DNA from: Primorskyibacter aestuariivivens
GTDB taxonomy: Bacteria > Pseudomonadota > Alphaproteobacteria > Rhodobacterales > Rhodobacteraceae
Direction: 5' to 3'
Assembly (NCBI RefSeq): GCF_028023675.1
Contig: NZ_JAQIOZ010000005.1
Location: 124,282-188,281 of the forward strand
Length of the DNA stretch: 64,000 nt
Part shown: piece after piece, positions 19,358 to 29,252 of the stretch
Layout: each line of letters opens with the position of its first letter
How positions within the stretch are numbered: the first letter of the stretch is position 1
Notes under the pieces: generated by a model
Seen by the model: only the letters and a program-made list of their open reading frames with translations
What the model was told of the DNA's origin: nothing
The model's database searches: none
Position numbers and translations under genes: made by a program

Positions 19358-20869
19358 TCAGGATGGTCCGATCATGAAACAGGTCACATTGCGCGCCTGC
19401 AATCTGCGACAGGCCAGATCGGCGGTTTCCCGCGTCAGCCCCATGAAATTCGCGTCATAGCCGGTCTTGCGCTTGACCACTTTGCGCAGGGCCCCATCCA
19501 GCGTAGCCAACTCGTTCAGCGCGGTTTTCAAGAGCACCTTTTCCGCCGCGAATTGAGACCCGTAGCGTCCGACATTGATGCCCCAATGCCGCCCGCCCGA
19601 AGTCGAGACGCGAGTAATGATTTCCTGCACCTGCTCGCGGATCACCGGATCGGGCGTCTTGGCCGGAGCGGCGGTGCTGGCCAGAACAAGCGCCTCGGGT
19701 CGCGCCGCAGGGCGGGGTGTGGTCTTGGGGGCCTCTGCGACAGTGCCACCCTCGAACAACGAGGCCAGTGCAAGTTCGGCTTCCACCGCCTCAGTCACCG
19801 CATCGTTGATATCTTCCTGCAGTGCGACAATCACCTCTTTCGGCACATCCCTGGCCGGACGTGAGCGAGGGCGGAGGCTCTGGGTCACGGCAAGCTTCAC
19901 TGCAATCGTCTTGCCCGCTGCCGGGCGGCTGCCACCCGAGCTTGGCACCGGGGCGGTCGAAGCGGCGGCCACCTGCGTATCACCGTCAAAGAGCCCGCGA
20001 TTCCCCTGATAACGAGGCTTCTTCGGTCGCGACAGCGCCACCCGCGTCGGCGCGCGCTGGAAACCCAGGTCCAGCAATTCGGCAACCCGCGCATTGCGCG
20101 TCGTGGTCGAACGCCCACCAAACACAGTGGCGATCACACGTTCCCGGCCCCGCTCGGCGGAGGCCACGAGGTTGAAACCGGCAGCGCGGGTATAGCCTGT
20201 CTTGATCCCATCCGCGCCTTTGTAGCTTTGCAGCAGGCGGCGGTTCGTATGCGACACCTCGCGCACCCCGGCATCCGCCGTCTGGCGCGAGAACAGGTTA
20301 TAATACATCGGGTAATCATAGATCATGTGACGGCCCAGGATCGTCATGTCGCGTGCCGTGCTGAGATGGCCCGACTGGGTCAGGCCATGCGCATTCTTGA
20401 ACGTGGTCCGGGTCATCCCCATCGACTTGGCGGTGCGGTTCATGCGGCGGGCAAAGGCGGCCTCGGAGCCGGAGATTGCCTCGGCAATCGCGGTCGCGGC
20501 ATCATTGGCGGACTTCACGGCGGCGGCGCGCACGAGATAGCGCATCTTGATCTTTTGCCCCGCACGCAGGCCCAGCTTCGACGGCGGCTCGCTCGCCGCT
20601 TTTTTCGACACGCGTACATAGGTGTCCATCGTCAATTCGCCACGCTGAACCGCCTCGAACACGATATAGAGCGTCATCATCTTTGTCAGGGATGCAGGAT
20701 GAAGGCGGGTATTGGCGTTCTCGGAATGCAGCACCTTGCCCGATCGGGCATCCATCACCATTGCTGCATAGGGGGCTGCAGCGGCGCTGAGCGGGACAAC
20801 CACACAGAGCCACAGGAGCGCCAATATCAATACGCCCCAGCGGGCGGACTCCACGTTCCGGACCTTCAC
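19358..20869 (-). CDS. D-alanyl-D-alanine carboxypeptidase (peptidase S11) with C-terminal SPOR domain
   Basis: Signal peptide; SxxK motif ASLTKMMT; C-terminal SPOR-like segment ..GRYGSQFAAEKVLLKTALNELATL... Confidence 0.85.
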   Translation of the reverse strand: MKVRNVESARWGVLILALLWLCVVVPLSAAAAPYAAMVMDARSGKVLHSENANTRLHPASLTKMMTLYIVFEAVQRGELTMDTYVRVSKKAASEPPSKLGLRAGQKIKMRYLVRAAAVKSANDAATAIAEAISGSEAAFARRMNRTAKSMGMTRTTFKNAHGLTQSGHLSTARDMTILGRHMIYDYPMYYNLFSRQTADAGVREVSHTNRRLLQSYKGADGIKTGYTRAAGFNLVASAERGRERVIATVFGGRSTTTRNARVAELLDLGFQRAPTRVALSRPKKPRYQGNRGLFDGDTQVAAASTAPVPSSGGSRPAAGKTIAVKLAVTQSLRPRSRPARDVPKEVIVALQEDINDAVTEAVEAELALASLFEGGTVAEAPKTTPRPAARPEALVLASTAAPAKTPDPVIREQVQEIITRVSTSGGRHWGINVGRYGSQFAAEKVLLKTALNELATLDGALRKVVKRKTGYDANFMGLTRETADLACRRLQARNVTCFMIGPS

Positions 20870-21188
20870 GATTACACTGCCTTCTGCCTCGTGCTGCCAG
20901 TATTCTGGTCAGCTTATTATTAAGGTTACCTTATCATATCAGCTTCCCCCTTCAAACCCCCATTTTTAAAGGAATTTCCCGTTAGCTTCGCATTCTCGGA
21001 CGCCACATATTGCGGCTTGTGGCAAACAGCCCCCAAGACCGGCGATTGTGGCAGGAATGTGGCGGCGACTCGCAAGACAAACACCGACCGGGTCGGTCAA
21101 TTTTGAGCCCCCTCCAACTGCACCCTCTTTTCACCATGGCTAGGGGCGTTATATAGACTCTCAACACGGGAACGGAAAAACGCACGCT

Positions 21189-21548
21189 TTGACCAATAGC
21201 AGCGATATGACCAGCAGAATTCGCACCGTCGCCATGGCGAATGACGAGGACGACACCGATACCGGCGTCGCCGTCAAAACCCGTGCCAAGACCAAGCGCC
21301 CCCCGCTTTACAAGGTGCTCCTGCTCAATGACGACTACACGCCCATGGAGTTTGTGGTCCACGTGCTGGAGCGGTTCTTTGGCCTCAATCATGCACAGGC
21401 CTTTGAAATCATGCTGACCGTGCACAAGAAGGGCGTGGCCGTCGTCGGCGTCTTCAGCCACGAGATTGCAGAGACCAAGGTGGGGCAAGTGATGGATTTT
21501 GCCCGCCGTCACCAGCACCCGCTGCAATGCACCATGGAAAAGGAATAG
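21189..21548 (+). CDS. clpS: ATP-dependent Clp protease adaptor ClpS
   Basis: [54 protein letters not shown] core. Confidence 0.85.
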   Translation: MTNSSDMTSRIRTVAMANDEDDTDTGVAVKTRAKTKRPPLYKVLLLNDDYTPMEFVVHVLERFFGLNHAQAFEIMLTVHKKGVAVVGVFSHEIAETKVGQVMDFARRHQHPLQCTMEKE

Positions 21549-21567
21549 GCGCCCGCGCCTGACTATC

Positions 21568-22557
21568 ATGGCTGTGTCCCGATTGTCCCTCGCCCTTGGC
21601 GAACTTGCGCTGCCCGACACGGGCGGCATCGCGGTGTTTGAACCGACAGCTGAGACCGACCTGAGCGCTCTACCCGCTGACCGGGTGCAGATCATCACCC
21701 GCCACATCACCACGCAGGACGCCTTTCCTGGGTTCGCCTGTCAGCGCGCGCCAACCCCTCCGCTTGCCACCGCAATCGTGGTCGTGCCCCGCGCCAAGGC
21801 GCTGGCGCAGGCGCTGATTGCCGAAGCGGTCGCAGCCTGCCCCGATGGGCTCATCCTTGTCGACGGGCAAAAGACCGACGGCGTGGACCCGCTGTTCAAA
21901 GCCTGCCGGGCGCGGGTGGATATCGCCGGACAGATGACCAAGGCGCATGGGCGCGCCTTCTGGTTCGCATCGCACCCCGCTTTTGACGACTGGCGCGCAG
22001 CCCCGCAATCGGTGGACGGGTTTCAGACCGTGCCCGGTGTATTCTCTGCCGACGGGATCGACCCGGCCTCGGCGCTTCTGGCACAGCATCTGCCCGCCAA
22101 ACCCGGTGCAACCGTGGCCGATCTGGGGGCGGGCTGGGGCTATCTCGCCGCTCAGATCCTGCGCAACCCGGACATCCAGAACCTGCATCTCGTGGAAAGC
22201 GACGCAGCGGCTCTGGACTGCGCCCGCGCCAATATCGATGATCCGCGTGCCGTGTTCCACTGGGCTGATGCCACAACATGGAAAGCGCCGGAGCCGCTGG
22301 ATTGCGTGATCATGAACCCGCCCTTTCACCAGGGCCGCAAGGGCGCGCCGGATCTGGGCCAGCGCTTCATCACCAATGCCGCAAGGCTGCTCAAACCCTC
22401 GGGGCAGCTTGTTCTGGTCGCAAACAGGCATCTCCCCTACGAGGCGACACTGGCCGCGTGTTTTGCCAAAACCGACGAGATTGGCGGCGACAAAAGATTC
22501 AAAATCCTGGCTGGGCAACGCCCCACTCGCGGCAAGGCCCGCGCATCGCTAGGGTAA
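21568..22557 (+). CDS. MTS-domain rRNA (guanine-N2)-methyltransferase (RsmC/RlmG-like)
   Basis: DLGAGWGYL SAM motif and VIMNPPFH catalytic motif; start at ATG 21568. Confidence 0.75.
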   Translation: MAVSRLSLALGELALPDTGGIAVFEPTAETDLSALPADRVQIITRHITTQDAFPGFACQRAPTPPLATAIVVVPRAKALAQALIAEAVAACPDGLILVDGQKTDGVDPLFKACRARVDIAGQMTKAHGRAFWFASHPAFDDWRAAPQSVDGFQTVPGVFSADGIDPASALLAQHLPAKPGATVADLGAGWGYLAAQILRNPDIQNLHLVESDAAALDCARANIDDPRAVFHWADATTWKAPEPLDCVIMNPPFHQGRKGAPDLGQRFITNAARLLKPSGQLVLVANRHLPYEATLAACFAKTDEIGGDKRFKILAGQRPTRGKARASLG

Positions 22558-22580
22558 CGGCAGGGAATCAGGAGCGAGAC

Positions 22581-23381
22581 ATGGGTTTCTCTATCGAAGG
22601 CAAGACCGCCATCGTCACCGGTGCGGCCAACGGGATCGGGCTGGCCGTTGGGCGGCATTTCCTCGACCGGGGCGCAAACGTGATGTTCGCGGATATGGAC
22701 GAGGCGCGGCTGGCCGACGAGATCGGAGAAACCGCCGATGACAGCCCGGCACGCTATTTTGCGGGCGATCTGCGCGAAAAGCTGACCATTGCCAACCTGC
22801 TGTCCGCCACCATCGACGCCTTTGACCGGGTGGATATCCTCGTCAATGGCAGCCGCCAGATGCTGCCCTCGGACCCTCTGGACCCTGACGATCAGTCGAT
22901 TGAAACGCTGCTGGAGCAGAACCTCATGGCGTCGCTCCGGCTGACCCAGCTTGTCGCCAATCGGATGATCAAACAGGGTGAGGGCCAGGAAGAGGGGCAG
23001 CTTGGCGCCATCGTCAATATTTCCTCCATCGCGGCACGGCGCACCCAGCCGGAACTGTTGGGCTATTCCGTTTCCAATGCCGCGCTGGACCAGATGACCC
23101 GCTCCATGGCGGTGGCGCTGGCCCCGCATCGCATTCGGGTCAACGCGGTCGCCTTTGGCTCGGTCATGTCGGCCAGTCTCAAGGGCGCGCTCAAGGAAAA
23201 CCGGGATTATCGTGAAGAGATCGAGCACAACACGCCGCTGGGCCGGATTGCCTCGCCCCGGGAACTGGCCGAGGCGGTGCAATGGCTGGCCTCCGAGGGG
23301 GCTGGTTTTGTCACGGGCCAGATCATGACCGTCGATGGCGGGCGGACGCTGCTGGACCCGGTAACCGCACCGGCACATTGA
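22581..23381 (+). CDS. SDR family oxidoreductase
   Basis: TGAANGIG cofactor motif and NISS..Y..S..K catalytic pattern; start ATG 22581. Confidence 0.85.
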   Translation: MGFSIEGKTAIVTGAANGIGLAVGRHFLDRGANVMFADMDEARLADEIGETADDSPARYFAGDLREKLTIANLLSATIDAFDRVDILVNGSRQMLPSDPLDPDDQSIETLLEQNLMASLRLTQLVANRMIKQGEGQEEGQLGAIVNISSIAARRTQPELLGYSVSNAALDQMTRSMAVALAPHRIRVNAVAFGSVMSASLKGALKENRDYREEIEHNTPLGRIASPRELAEAVQWLASEGAGFVTGQIMTVDGGRTLLDPVTAPAH

Positions 23382-23450
23382 CGCGCGTCCGGCGCTTGGC
23401 TCTGCCCCCGGGACAGGTTAGATCGGGGCACCAGAGTTGAGGAGCGCCCC

Positions 23451-24347
23451 ATGACCCAAACCGATTTCACCACTGAGAAAACCCGCGCCGCCGCATGGTT
23501 CCGCGCGCTCCGGGATGAAATCGTGGCAAGCTTTGAAGCGCTTGAAGACAGCCATTCCGAAGGCCCGTTTACCGATATGGAGCCGGGCCGTTTCGAGGTG
23601 ACGGAAACCAAACGCGCCTCTGATGACGGTTCGGACGCGGGCGGCGGGTTGATGAGCGTGATGCGCGGGGGCCGCGTGTTCGAAAAGGTCGGCGTCAATG
23701 TCTCCGAGGTCTATGGCCAGCTGGGCGAGGCCGCGCAAAACGCCATGGCCGCACGCAAGGGCATTCCGGGCATGAAGGACGACCCGCGCTTCTGGGCGTC
23801 GGGCATCTCGCTTGTGGCGCATATGCGCAACCCGCATGTCCCGGCGGTCCATATGAACACGCGCATGTTCTGGACCCCGCATGCGTGGTGGTTCGGCGGC
23901 GGCTCGGACCTGAACCCCTGCATCGAATATGACGAAGACACGGCGCATTTCCACGCCGTCCAGAAATCCCATCTCGATCCGCATGGGGAGGACGAATATC
24001 CGCGCCTCAAGGCATGGGCGGACGAATATTTCTACATCCCCCACCGCAACCGCGCCCGGGGCGTCGGCGGCATCTTCATGGATGACCGCTGCTCCGGCGA
24101 TTGGGAGGCCGATTTCGCCCTGACCCAGGATATCGGCCGCGCCTTCCTGCCCGCCTTCACGCCGCTGGTGGAAAAGCGCCGGGTGCAGGCATTCTCCGAG
24201 GCCGACAAGGACACGCAACTGGTCCATCGCGGCCTCTATGCGGAATACAACCTTGTCTATGACCGCGGCACCAAGTTTGGCCTCGCCACAGGCCATGACG
24301 CCAATGCCGTGCTGATGTCCCTGCCGCCCATGGCCAAGTGGGTCTGA
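23451..24347 (+). CDS. hemF: oxygen-dependent coproporphyrinogen III oxidase
   Basis: 298 aa; HemF family pattern throughout (..RFWASGISLVAHMRNPHVPAVHMNTR..). Confidence 0.9.
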   Translation: MTQTDFTTEKTRAAAWFRALRDEIVASFEALEDSHSEGPFTDMEPGRFEVTETKRASDDGSDAGGGLMSVMRGGRVFEKVGVNVSEVYGQLGEAAQNAMAARKGIPGMKDDPRFWASGISLVAHMRNPHVPAVHMNTRMFWTPHAWWFGGGSDLNPCIEYDEDTAHFHAVQKSHLDPHGEDEYPRLKAWADEYFYIPHRNRARGVGGIFMDDRCSGDWEADFALTQDIGRAFLPAFTPLVEKRRVQAFSEADKDTQLVHRGLYAEYNLVYDRGTKFGLATGHDANAVLMSLPPMAKWV

Positions 24348-24353
24348 TCCCCG

Positions 24354-25262
24354 GTGGAAACCCTCACCGTCCTGCAAGACCCGATCCTGCCGGTCTTTGC
24401 CATCATGGCACTGGGTTTTGTGATGGGCCGCGCAGGCTTTGTCAGCGATACGGACGCGCGGATGATCAACCGCGTGGTCATGACGATTTTCCTGCCGCTC
24501 ATGGTGTTCGGCGTGATCGCCCATGCCCCGATCCGCGATTTCGCGTTGGTCCCGGTGCTGATCTACGCGGGCGCGCAGGCGGCGATCTTCTCACTTGGCT
24601 TTCTGCTGGCGCGCAAGCTGTTTGGCATCGGGCCCCGGGAATCGGTGCTGATCGCCTTTGGGGCGGTCTTTGCCAATAACGCACTCTATATCCTGCCGCT
24701 CTCGGTTCTGCTCTACGGCACGGAAAACGTGCTGCCGGTGACCACCATCGTGACATGGGACGCGACGGTGACTTTCGGCGCGGCCATGATCGCCATGCAA
24801 CTGATGGAGGCGGGCCGCGTCTCGCCCGGTGCCATCCTGCGCAGCTTTGCCCGCACGCCGATGCTGATTGCCATCGTGATCGGTGTCATCGTCTCGTTGG
24901 CAGGGTTCACCCTGCCCGGCCCGGTCGAGACCTTCACCCAGTTCAACGGCGCGGCGGCCGCCCCCATGGCGCTCTTTGCCCTTGGCGTGATCCTGTCGGC
25001 CACCTCCTTCCGGCCCGATGGCGCGGTGGTCAGCTTTACCCTGATCAAGCTGTTTTTATTCCCGGCTGCCGTTGCCCTCGGGCTGTATGTCTTGACCGAC
25101 AATGACCCCGCGCATGATCTCTTCCTGCTAGCCGCCGCAGGCCCCGCCGGGGCCATGTCGCTCAGCCTCGCGCTGCTGCATGGCGTGCAGACGGACAAGA
25201 TTGCGCAGGTCATGGTCTACACCAACGTGCTGACGCTCGGCACATTGGCGCTCCTCGCCTGA
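24354..25262 (+). CDS. AEC (auxin efflux carrier) family transporter
   Basis: 302 aa polytopic membrane protein with AEC-like two-repeat topology. Confidence 0.8.
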   Translation: METLTVLQDPILPVFAIMALGFVMGRAGFVSDTDARMINRVVMTIFLPLMVFGVIAHAPIRDFALVPVLIYAGAQAAIFSLGFLLARKLFGIGPRESVLIAFGAVFANNALYILPLSVLLYGTENVLPVTTIVTWDATVTFGAAMIAMQLMEAGRVSPGAILRSFARTPMLIAIVIGVIVSLAGFTLPGPVETFTQFNGAAAAPMALFALGVILSATSFRPDGAVVSFTLIKLFLFPAAVALGLYVLTDNDPAHDLFLLAAAGPAGAMSLSLALLHGVQTDKIAQVMVYTNVLTLGTLALLA

Positions 25263-25263
25263 A

Positions 25264-25311
25264 CTTCTTCTGTTTGAAAATACCTCGGGGGTTTGGGGGC
25301 AGAGCCCCCAA
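25264..25311. repeat. dispersed REP-like element, copy 1 (CTTCTTCTGTTTGAAAATACCTCGGGGGTTTGGGGGCAGAGCCCCCAA)
   Basis: Near-identical second copy at 37981..38026; contains hairpin GGGGGC-AGA-GCCCCC; sits between convergent gene ends. Confidence 0.55.
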
Positions 25312-25313
25312 TG

Positions 25314-25853
25314 TCACGCGTCCCTCCACTCACCCGGACGCAAGCCGCCCAAGTGCCACTCACCCACTTGCGCGCGGATCAGCCGCAAAGTCGGATGCCC
25401 CACATGCGCCGTCATGCGCCGCACCTGCCGGTTTTTACCCTCAGTGATCACCATTTCCAGCCAGGAGTCAGGCACCGATTTGCGAAACCGCACCGGCGGA
25501 TCGCGCGGGAACAGCGGGCTGGGCGCGTCGATACGTTTCACTTTCGCGGGCCGTGTCCTGCCATCCTTGAGCGTCACGCCGCGCCGCAACGCCTCCAGCG
25601 CGGCCTCATCGGGGACGCGTTCGACCTGCACCCAATAGGTCTTGGGCTGTTTCGATTTAGGATGGGCGATGCGATGCTGCAACCGGCCATCATCGGTCAG
25701 AACCAGAAGCCCCTCGCTGTCCCGGTCCAGCCGACCGGCCGCGTAGACCCCCGGCACGTCGATATACTCCGCCAAGGTCGGATGACCCGAACCCTCATCG
25801 GTAAATTGCGAGAGCACGCCAAACGGCTTGTGAAACAGGATCACCCGGCTCAT
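25314..25853 (-). CDS. rRNA pseudouridine synthase (RsuA/RluE family)
   Basis: ..[19 protein letters not shown].. catalytic Asp motif; 179 aa. Confidence 0.8.
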   Translation of the reverse strand: MSRVILFHKPFGVLSQFTDEGSGHPTLAEYIDVPGVYAAGRLDRDSEGLLVLTDDGRLQHRIAHPKSKQPKTYWVQVERVPDEAALEALRRGVTLKDGRTRPAKVKRIDAPSPLFPRDPPVRFRKSVPDSWLEMVITEGKNRQVRRMTAHVGHPTLRLIRAQVGEWHLGGLRPGEWRDA

Positions 25854-26299
25854 CGGCGCCCCGCAAAGAAGTCTTTGAGCAGCGCTTCCGCCTCCTCCGC
25901 CCGGATGCCGTCATAGACCTCGGGCATGTGATGCGCCTGCGGGTGCGAAAACACCCGCGCGCCATGCGCCACGCCGCCCGATTTCGGGTCCGCCGCGCCA
26001 TAATACACCCGCGCGATGCGCGCCGCCGCAATCGTGCCAGCGCAGATCGCGCAGGGCTCCAAAGTGACGTAGAGATCATGCCCCACCAGCCGCTCGGAGC
26101 CGAGCGCCGCGCAGGCCGCGCGGATCGCCAGTACCTCGGCATGGGCCGTGGGATCGCTCAACTCGCGCGTCCGGTTGCCCGCCTGTGCCACCACCTCACC
26201 CGAGGGCGCAACAATCACAGCCCCCACCGGAACCTCACCACGCGCGGCAGCGGCGCGCGCCTCTTCCAGCGCCAATTCCATATGAGATCGAAACACCAT
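25850..26299 (-). CDS. tadA: tRNA-specific adenosine deaminase
   Basis: HAEVLAI..(H-A-E)..[10 protein letters not shown] (PCxxC) deaminase motifs. Confidence 0.9.
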   Translation of the reverse strand: MVFRSHMELALEEARAAAARGEVPVGAVIVAPSGEVVAQAGNRTRELSDPTAHAEVLAIRAACAALGSERLVGHDLYVTLEPCAICAGTIAAARIARVYYGAADPKSGGVAHGARVFSHPQAHHMPEVYDGIRAEEAEALLKDFFAGRR

Positions 26300-26351
26300 G
26301 CCCCCTCTTGCCTGCTTGCGCGGCGTTGATCAACGCTCTAAGGCACGGGGC

Positions 26352-27176
26352 ATGGTTCAGAAAACGCCCCCCAAAGCCCAAACCAAAACACCAGACGGCG
26401 ACCGTATCGCCAAGGTGCTGGCCCGCGCGGGCGTTGCCTCGCGCCGCGAAGCGGAACGCATGATCGAGGCGGGCCGCGTGAGCGTGAACGGCGAACAGAT
26501 CACCCGCGCCGCGCTCAATGTCACCGACAAGGACAAGATCACCGTCGACGGCAAGCCGCTGGATGCGCCGGAACCGCCCCGGCTTTGGCTTTATCACAAG
26601 CCCACCGGCCTCGTGACCACCCACAAGGACGAACAGGGCCGCGCAACGATCTTTGACGACCTGCCCGAGGATATGCCGCGCGTGATGAGCGTGGGACGGC
26701 TCGACCTCAATTCCGAGGGTCTGCTGCTTTTGACCAATGACGGCGGCATCAAGCGCAAGCTTGAACTGCCCTCGACCGGCTGGCTGCGCCGCTACCGGGT
26801 GCGCGTCAAGGGCCGCCCCAGCGACGAGATGCTGGAGCCCCTGCGCAAGGGCACCCATGTGGACGGAACCGATTATCAGCCGATGATCGTCTCGCTCGAC
26901 CGACAACAGGGGGCCAATGCCTGGCTCACCGTGGGGCTGCGCGAGGGCAAGAACCGCGAGATTCGCCGCGCCATGGAAAGCATCGGGCTTTCGGTGAACC
27001 GGCTGATCCGGGTCTCCTATGGCCCGTTCCAGCTGGGCCAGCTCAAGGCGGGCGCGGTGGAAGAGGTACGCTCCAAGGTGATGCGCGACCAGTTGGGTCT
27101 GGATGGTGCGAAACCGGACGCGGCGAAGAAGGACCGCCCAAAACCGCAGCGCACCCGCCGCAAACCCAGGCCCTGA
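26352..27176 (+). CDS. 23S rRNA pseudouridine synthase with S4 domain (RluB-like)
   Basis: S4 RNA-binding N-terminus (RIAKVLARAGVASRREAERMIEAGRV); catalytic ..VGRLDLNSEGLLLLTNDG..; basic C-terminal tail; start ATG 26352. Confidence 0.8.
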   Translation: MVQKTPPKAQTKTPDGDRIAKVLARAGVASRREAERMIEAGRVSVNGEQITRAALNVTDKDKITVDGKPLDAPEPPRLWLYHKPTGLVTTHKDEQGRATIFDDLPEDMPRVMSVGRLDLNSEGLLLLTNDGGIKRKLELPSTGWLRRYRVRVKGRPSDEMLEPLRKGTHVDGTDYQPMIVSLDRQQGANAWLTVGLREGKNREIRRAMESIGLSVNRLIRVSYGPFQLGQLKAGAVEEVRSKVMRDQLGLDGAKPDAAKKDRPKPQRTRRKPRP

Positions 27177-27274
27177 GCAAAGCTTCGCCATTTTCCCCCT
27201 GCCTGTCGTTGTTCTTTCGTGAAAACCTGCGTTAAGCAGGTGCAGCGGTATTTTTTCAGGGGGATTTCAGTACC

Positions 27275-28093
27275 ATGGCCGACCTTTTGACCATCGAGAA
27301 TATGGGCAACCTGCTCATGCTCTGTTTCCTGCAAGCGGTTCTGGGTTTCGATAACTTGCTCTACATCTCGATCGAAAGCCAACGCGCCCCCGTGGCGCAG
27401 CAAAAGGCGGTGCGCTTCTGGGGCATCATCATTGCCGTGGTGCTGCGGGTGATCCTGCTGTTCACCATGGTGCAACTGATCGACGCTCTGGCCGAACCGT
27501 TCGTGGTCCTGAACTGGGAGGGCGTGCTGACCGGCGGGGTCAATTTTGCCACGCTGGTCTTTATCATTGGTGGTATCTTCATCATCCACACGGCGGTGAA
27601 GGAAATCGGTCACATGCTGTCCATTGAGCATTTGAACACGGATGTTGAAGGCAAATCAGGCAAATCCGCCGCGCAGGTGATCATGCTGATCGTAACGATG
27701 AACCTGATCTTTTCCTTCGACTCGGTCCTGTCGGCCATCGCCATCACCGATGTTTTCCCGATCCTCGCCTTTGCGATCATCCTGTCGGGGTTGGCCATGC
27801 TGGCGCTGGCCGATGGGGTGACGCGGTTTCTTGAGAAAAACCGCATGTACGAGGTGCTGGGCCTGTTCATCCTGCTGATTGTCGGCGTGGTGCTCTTGGG
27901 CGAATCCGGTCAGGCGGCCGCGCATGCCATGCATGATCCGGAGCTGGCGCTGCGCGTTTTCGGCTATGAAATCGTGCCGATGTCCAAGACGACCTTCTAT
28001 TTCAGTGTTCTGGTGCTGGTCGCGGTGGAAATCATCCAATCCGGCTATGCCCGCAAGCTCAACGCCGAGCGTCGCACTGCGGCGCGGCACTAG
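27275..28093 (+). CDS. TerC family integral membrane protein
   Basis: 272 aa; LQAVLGFDNLLYISI.. TerC signature. Confidence 0.8.
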   Translation: MADLLTIENMGNLLMLCFLQAVLGFDNLLYISIESQRAPVAQQKAVRFWGIIIAVVLRVILLFTMVQLIDALAEPFVVLNWEGVLTGGVNFATLVFIIGGIFIIHTAVKEIGHMLSIEHLNTDVEGKSGKSAAQVIMLIVTMNLIFSFDSVLSAIAITDVFPILAFAIILSGLAMLALADGVTRFLEKNRMYEVLGLFILLIVGVVLLGESGQAAAHAMHDPELALRVFGYEIVPMSKTTFYFSVLVLVAVEIIQSGYARKLNAERRTAARH

Positions 28094-28148
28094 CGGAGCG
28101 CGAGCGCATCGCCTATCTTGAACACAAGCGGAGCGAGAGGGGCCCCGA

Positions 28149-28337
28149 ATGGCAAGATTGATCATGCTTTTGGCATTGGTGGCGGTGGTCGTCGCCGTCG
28201 GCGCGATTGCGGTGGCCGTCTGGTCTTCGGGCGATGGCGCACGCGAGGGCAAGCTCAACAATGTGCAAAAGGTGGCTTATCTGTGCCTCTTTGCTGTGAT
28301 GACCGGTGTAGCCACCGGGTTTCTGGGGGCTGAGTGA
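28149..28337 (+). CDS. small membrane protein (2 TM helices)
   Basis: 62 aa; two hydrophobic helices; stop overlaps the xpaC start (ATGA). Confidence 0.4.
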   Translation: MARLIMLLALVAVVVAVGAIAVAVWSSGDGAREGKLNNVQKVAYLCLFAVMTGVATGFLGAE

Positions 28338-29218
28338 TGGCAAAACGCTACGGCGGCACCTATAGCCCGACCGGCAAGGTCGAGGCAGACAACGTGGACC
28401 CGCGCCCGTTTCAGGCGCAGGTCAGCCCCACTGGCGCACGGTCCAACCTGCTCTTCGTTCCGGGCCTGATCCTTGCCTTCACGTCTTTCGGCGGTGGTCC
28501 CGAGGCATTGGCGCTTGGCCTTGCCGGGGCGGGCACCTGGACGCTGGCCGCATGGCTCACACGCGAAGGGCTCAAGGCCGAGGCCGCCTATCACGCCCGC
28601 AAGGTGGCGCGTCGCCCGGCCCTGCCGCGCAAGATGCTGGGCTCGCTTCTGGTGGGCGCGGGCACCGTGCTGGCTAGCTTGTCCGGCGATATGGGGCTGA
28701 CGGCCTCGGGGCTATACGCCGTGATCGGTGCCGCGCTGCACATGACCGCCTTTGGCATCGACCCGCTGAAGAACAAGTCTCTCGAAGGCGTGGACGAATT
28801 CCAGCAGGACCGCGTCGCCCGCGTCGTGGACGAGGCCGAAGCGCATCTGCAATCCATGATGGGCGCGATCCGCCGGGCACAGGACCCGCGGCTTGAAGCC
28901 CGTGTGGAACGGTTCCAGCAACAGGTGCGCGAGATGCTCCGCACGGTCGAGGAAGACCCGCGCGACCTGACCGCCGCGCGCCGCTATCTGGGTGTCTATC
29001 TGATGGGTGCGCGCGACGCGACGATCAAGTTCGCCGATATCTATGCCCGCGATCGCGATGCGGGCGCCAAATCGGATTACATGATGCTGCTCACCGATCT
29101 GGAAGAAAACTATACCGCCAAGACAAGGAAACTGCTGAAAGACAGCAATTCCGATCTGGCGGTGGAAATTGATGTGTTGCGGGACCGTCTGCAACGCGAG
29201 GGTGTCAGGCTCGACTGA
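28334..29218 (+). CDS. 5-bromo-4-chloroindolyl phosphate hydrolysis protein family (XpaC-like), membrane-anchored
   Basis: N-terminal TM helices then helical domain; canonical partner of TelA. Confidence 0.7.
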   Translation: MMAKRYGGTYSPTGKVEADNVDPRPFQAQVSPTGARSNLLFVPGLILAFTSFGGGPEALALGLAGAGTWTLAAWLTREGLKAEAAYHARKVARRPALPRKMLGSLLVGAGTVLASLSGDMGLTASGLYAVIGAALHMTAFGIDPLKNKSLEGVDEFQQDRVARVVDEAEAHLQSMMGAIRRAQDPRLEARVERFQQQVREMLRTVEEDPRDLTAARRYLGVYLMGARDATIKFADIYARDRDAGAKSDYMMLLTDLEENYTAKTRKLLKDSNSDLAVEIDVLRDRLQREGVRLD

Positions 29219-29252
29219 GCCGGAAATTTTTGAAACGGGGAAGGGTATACCC

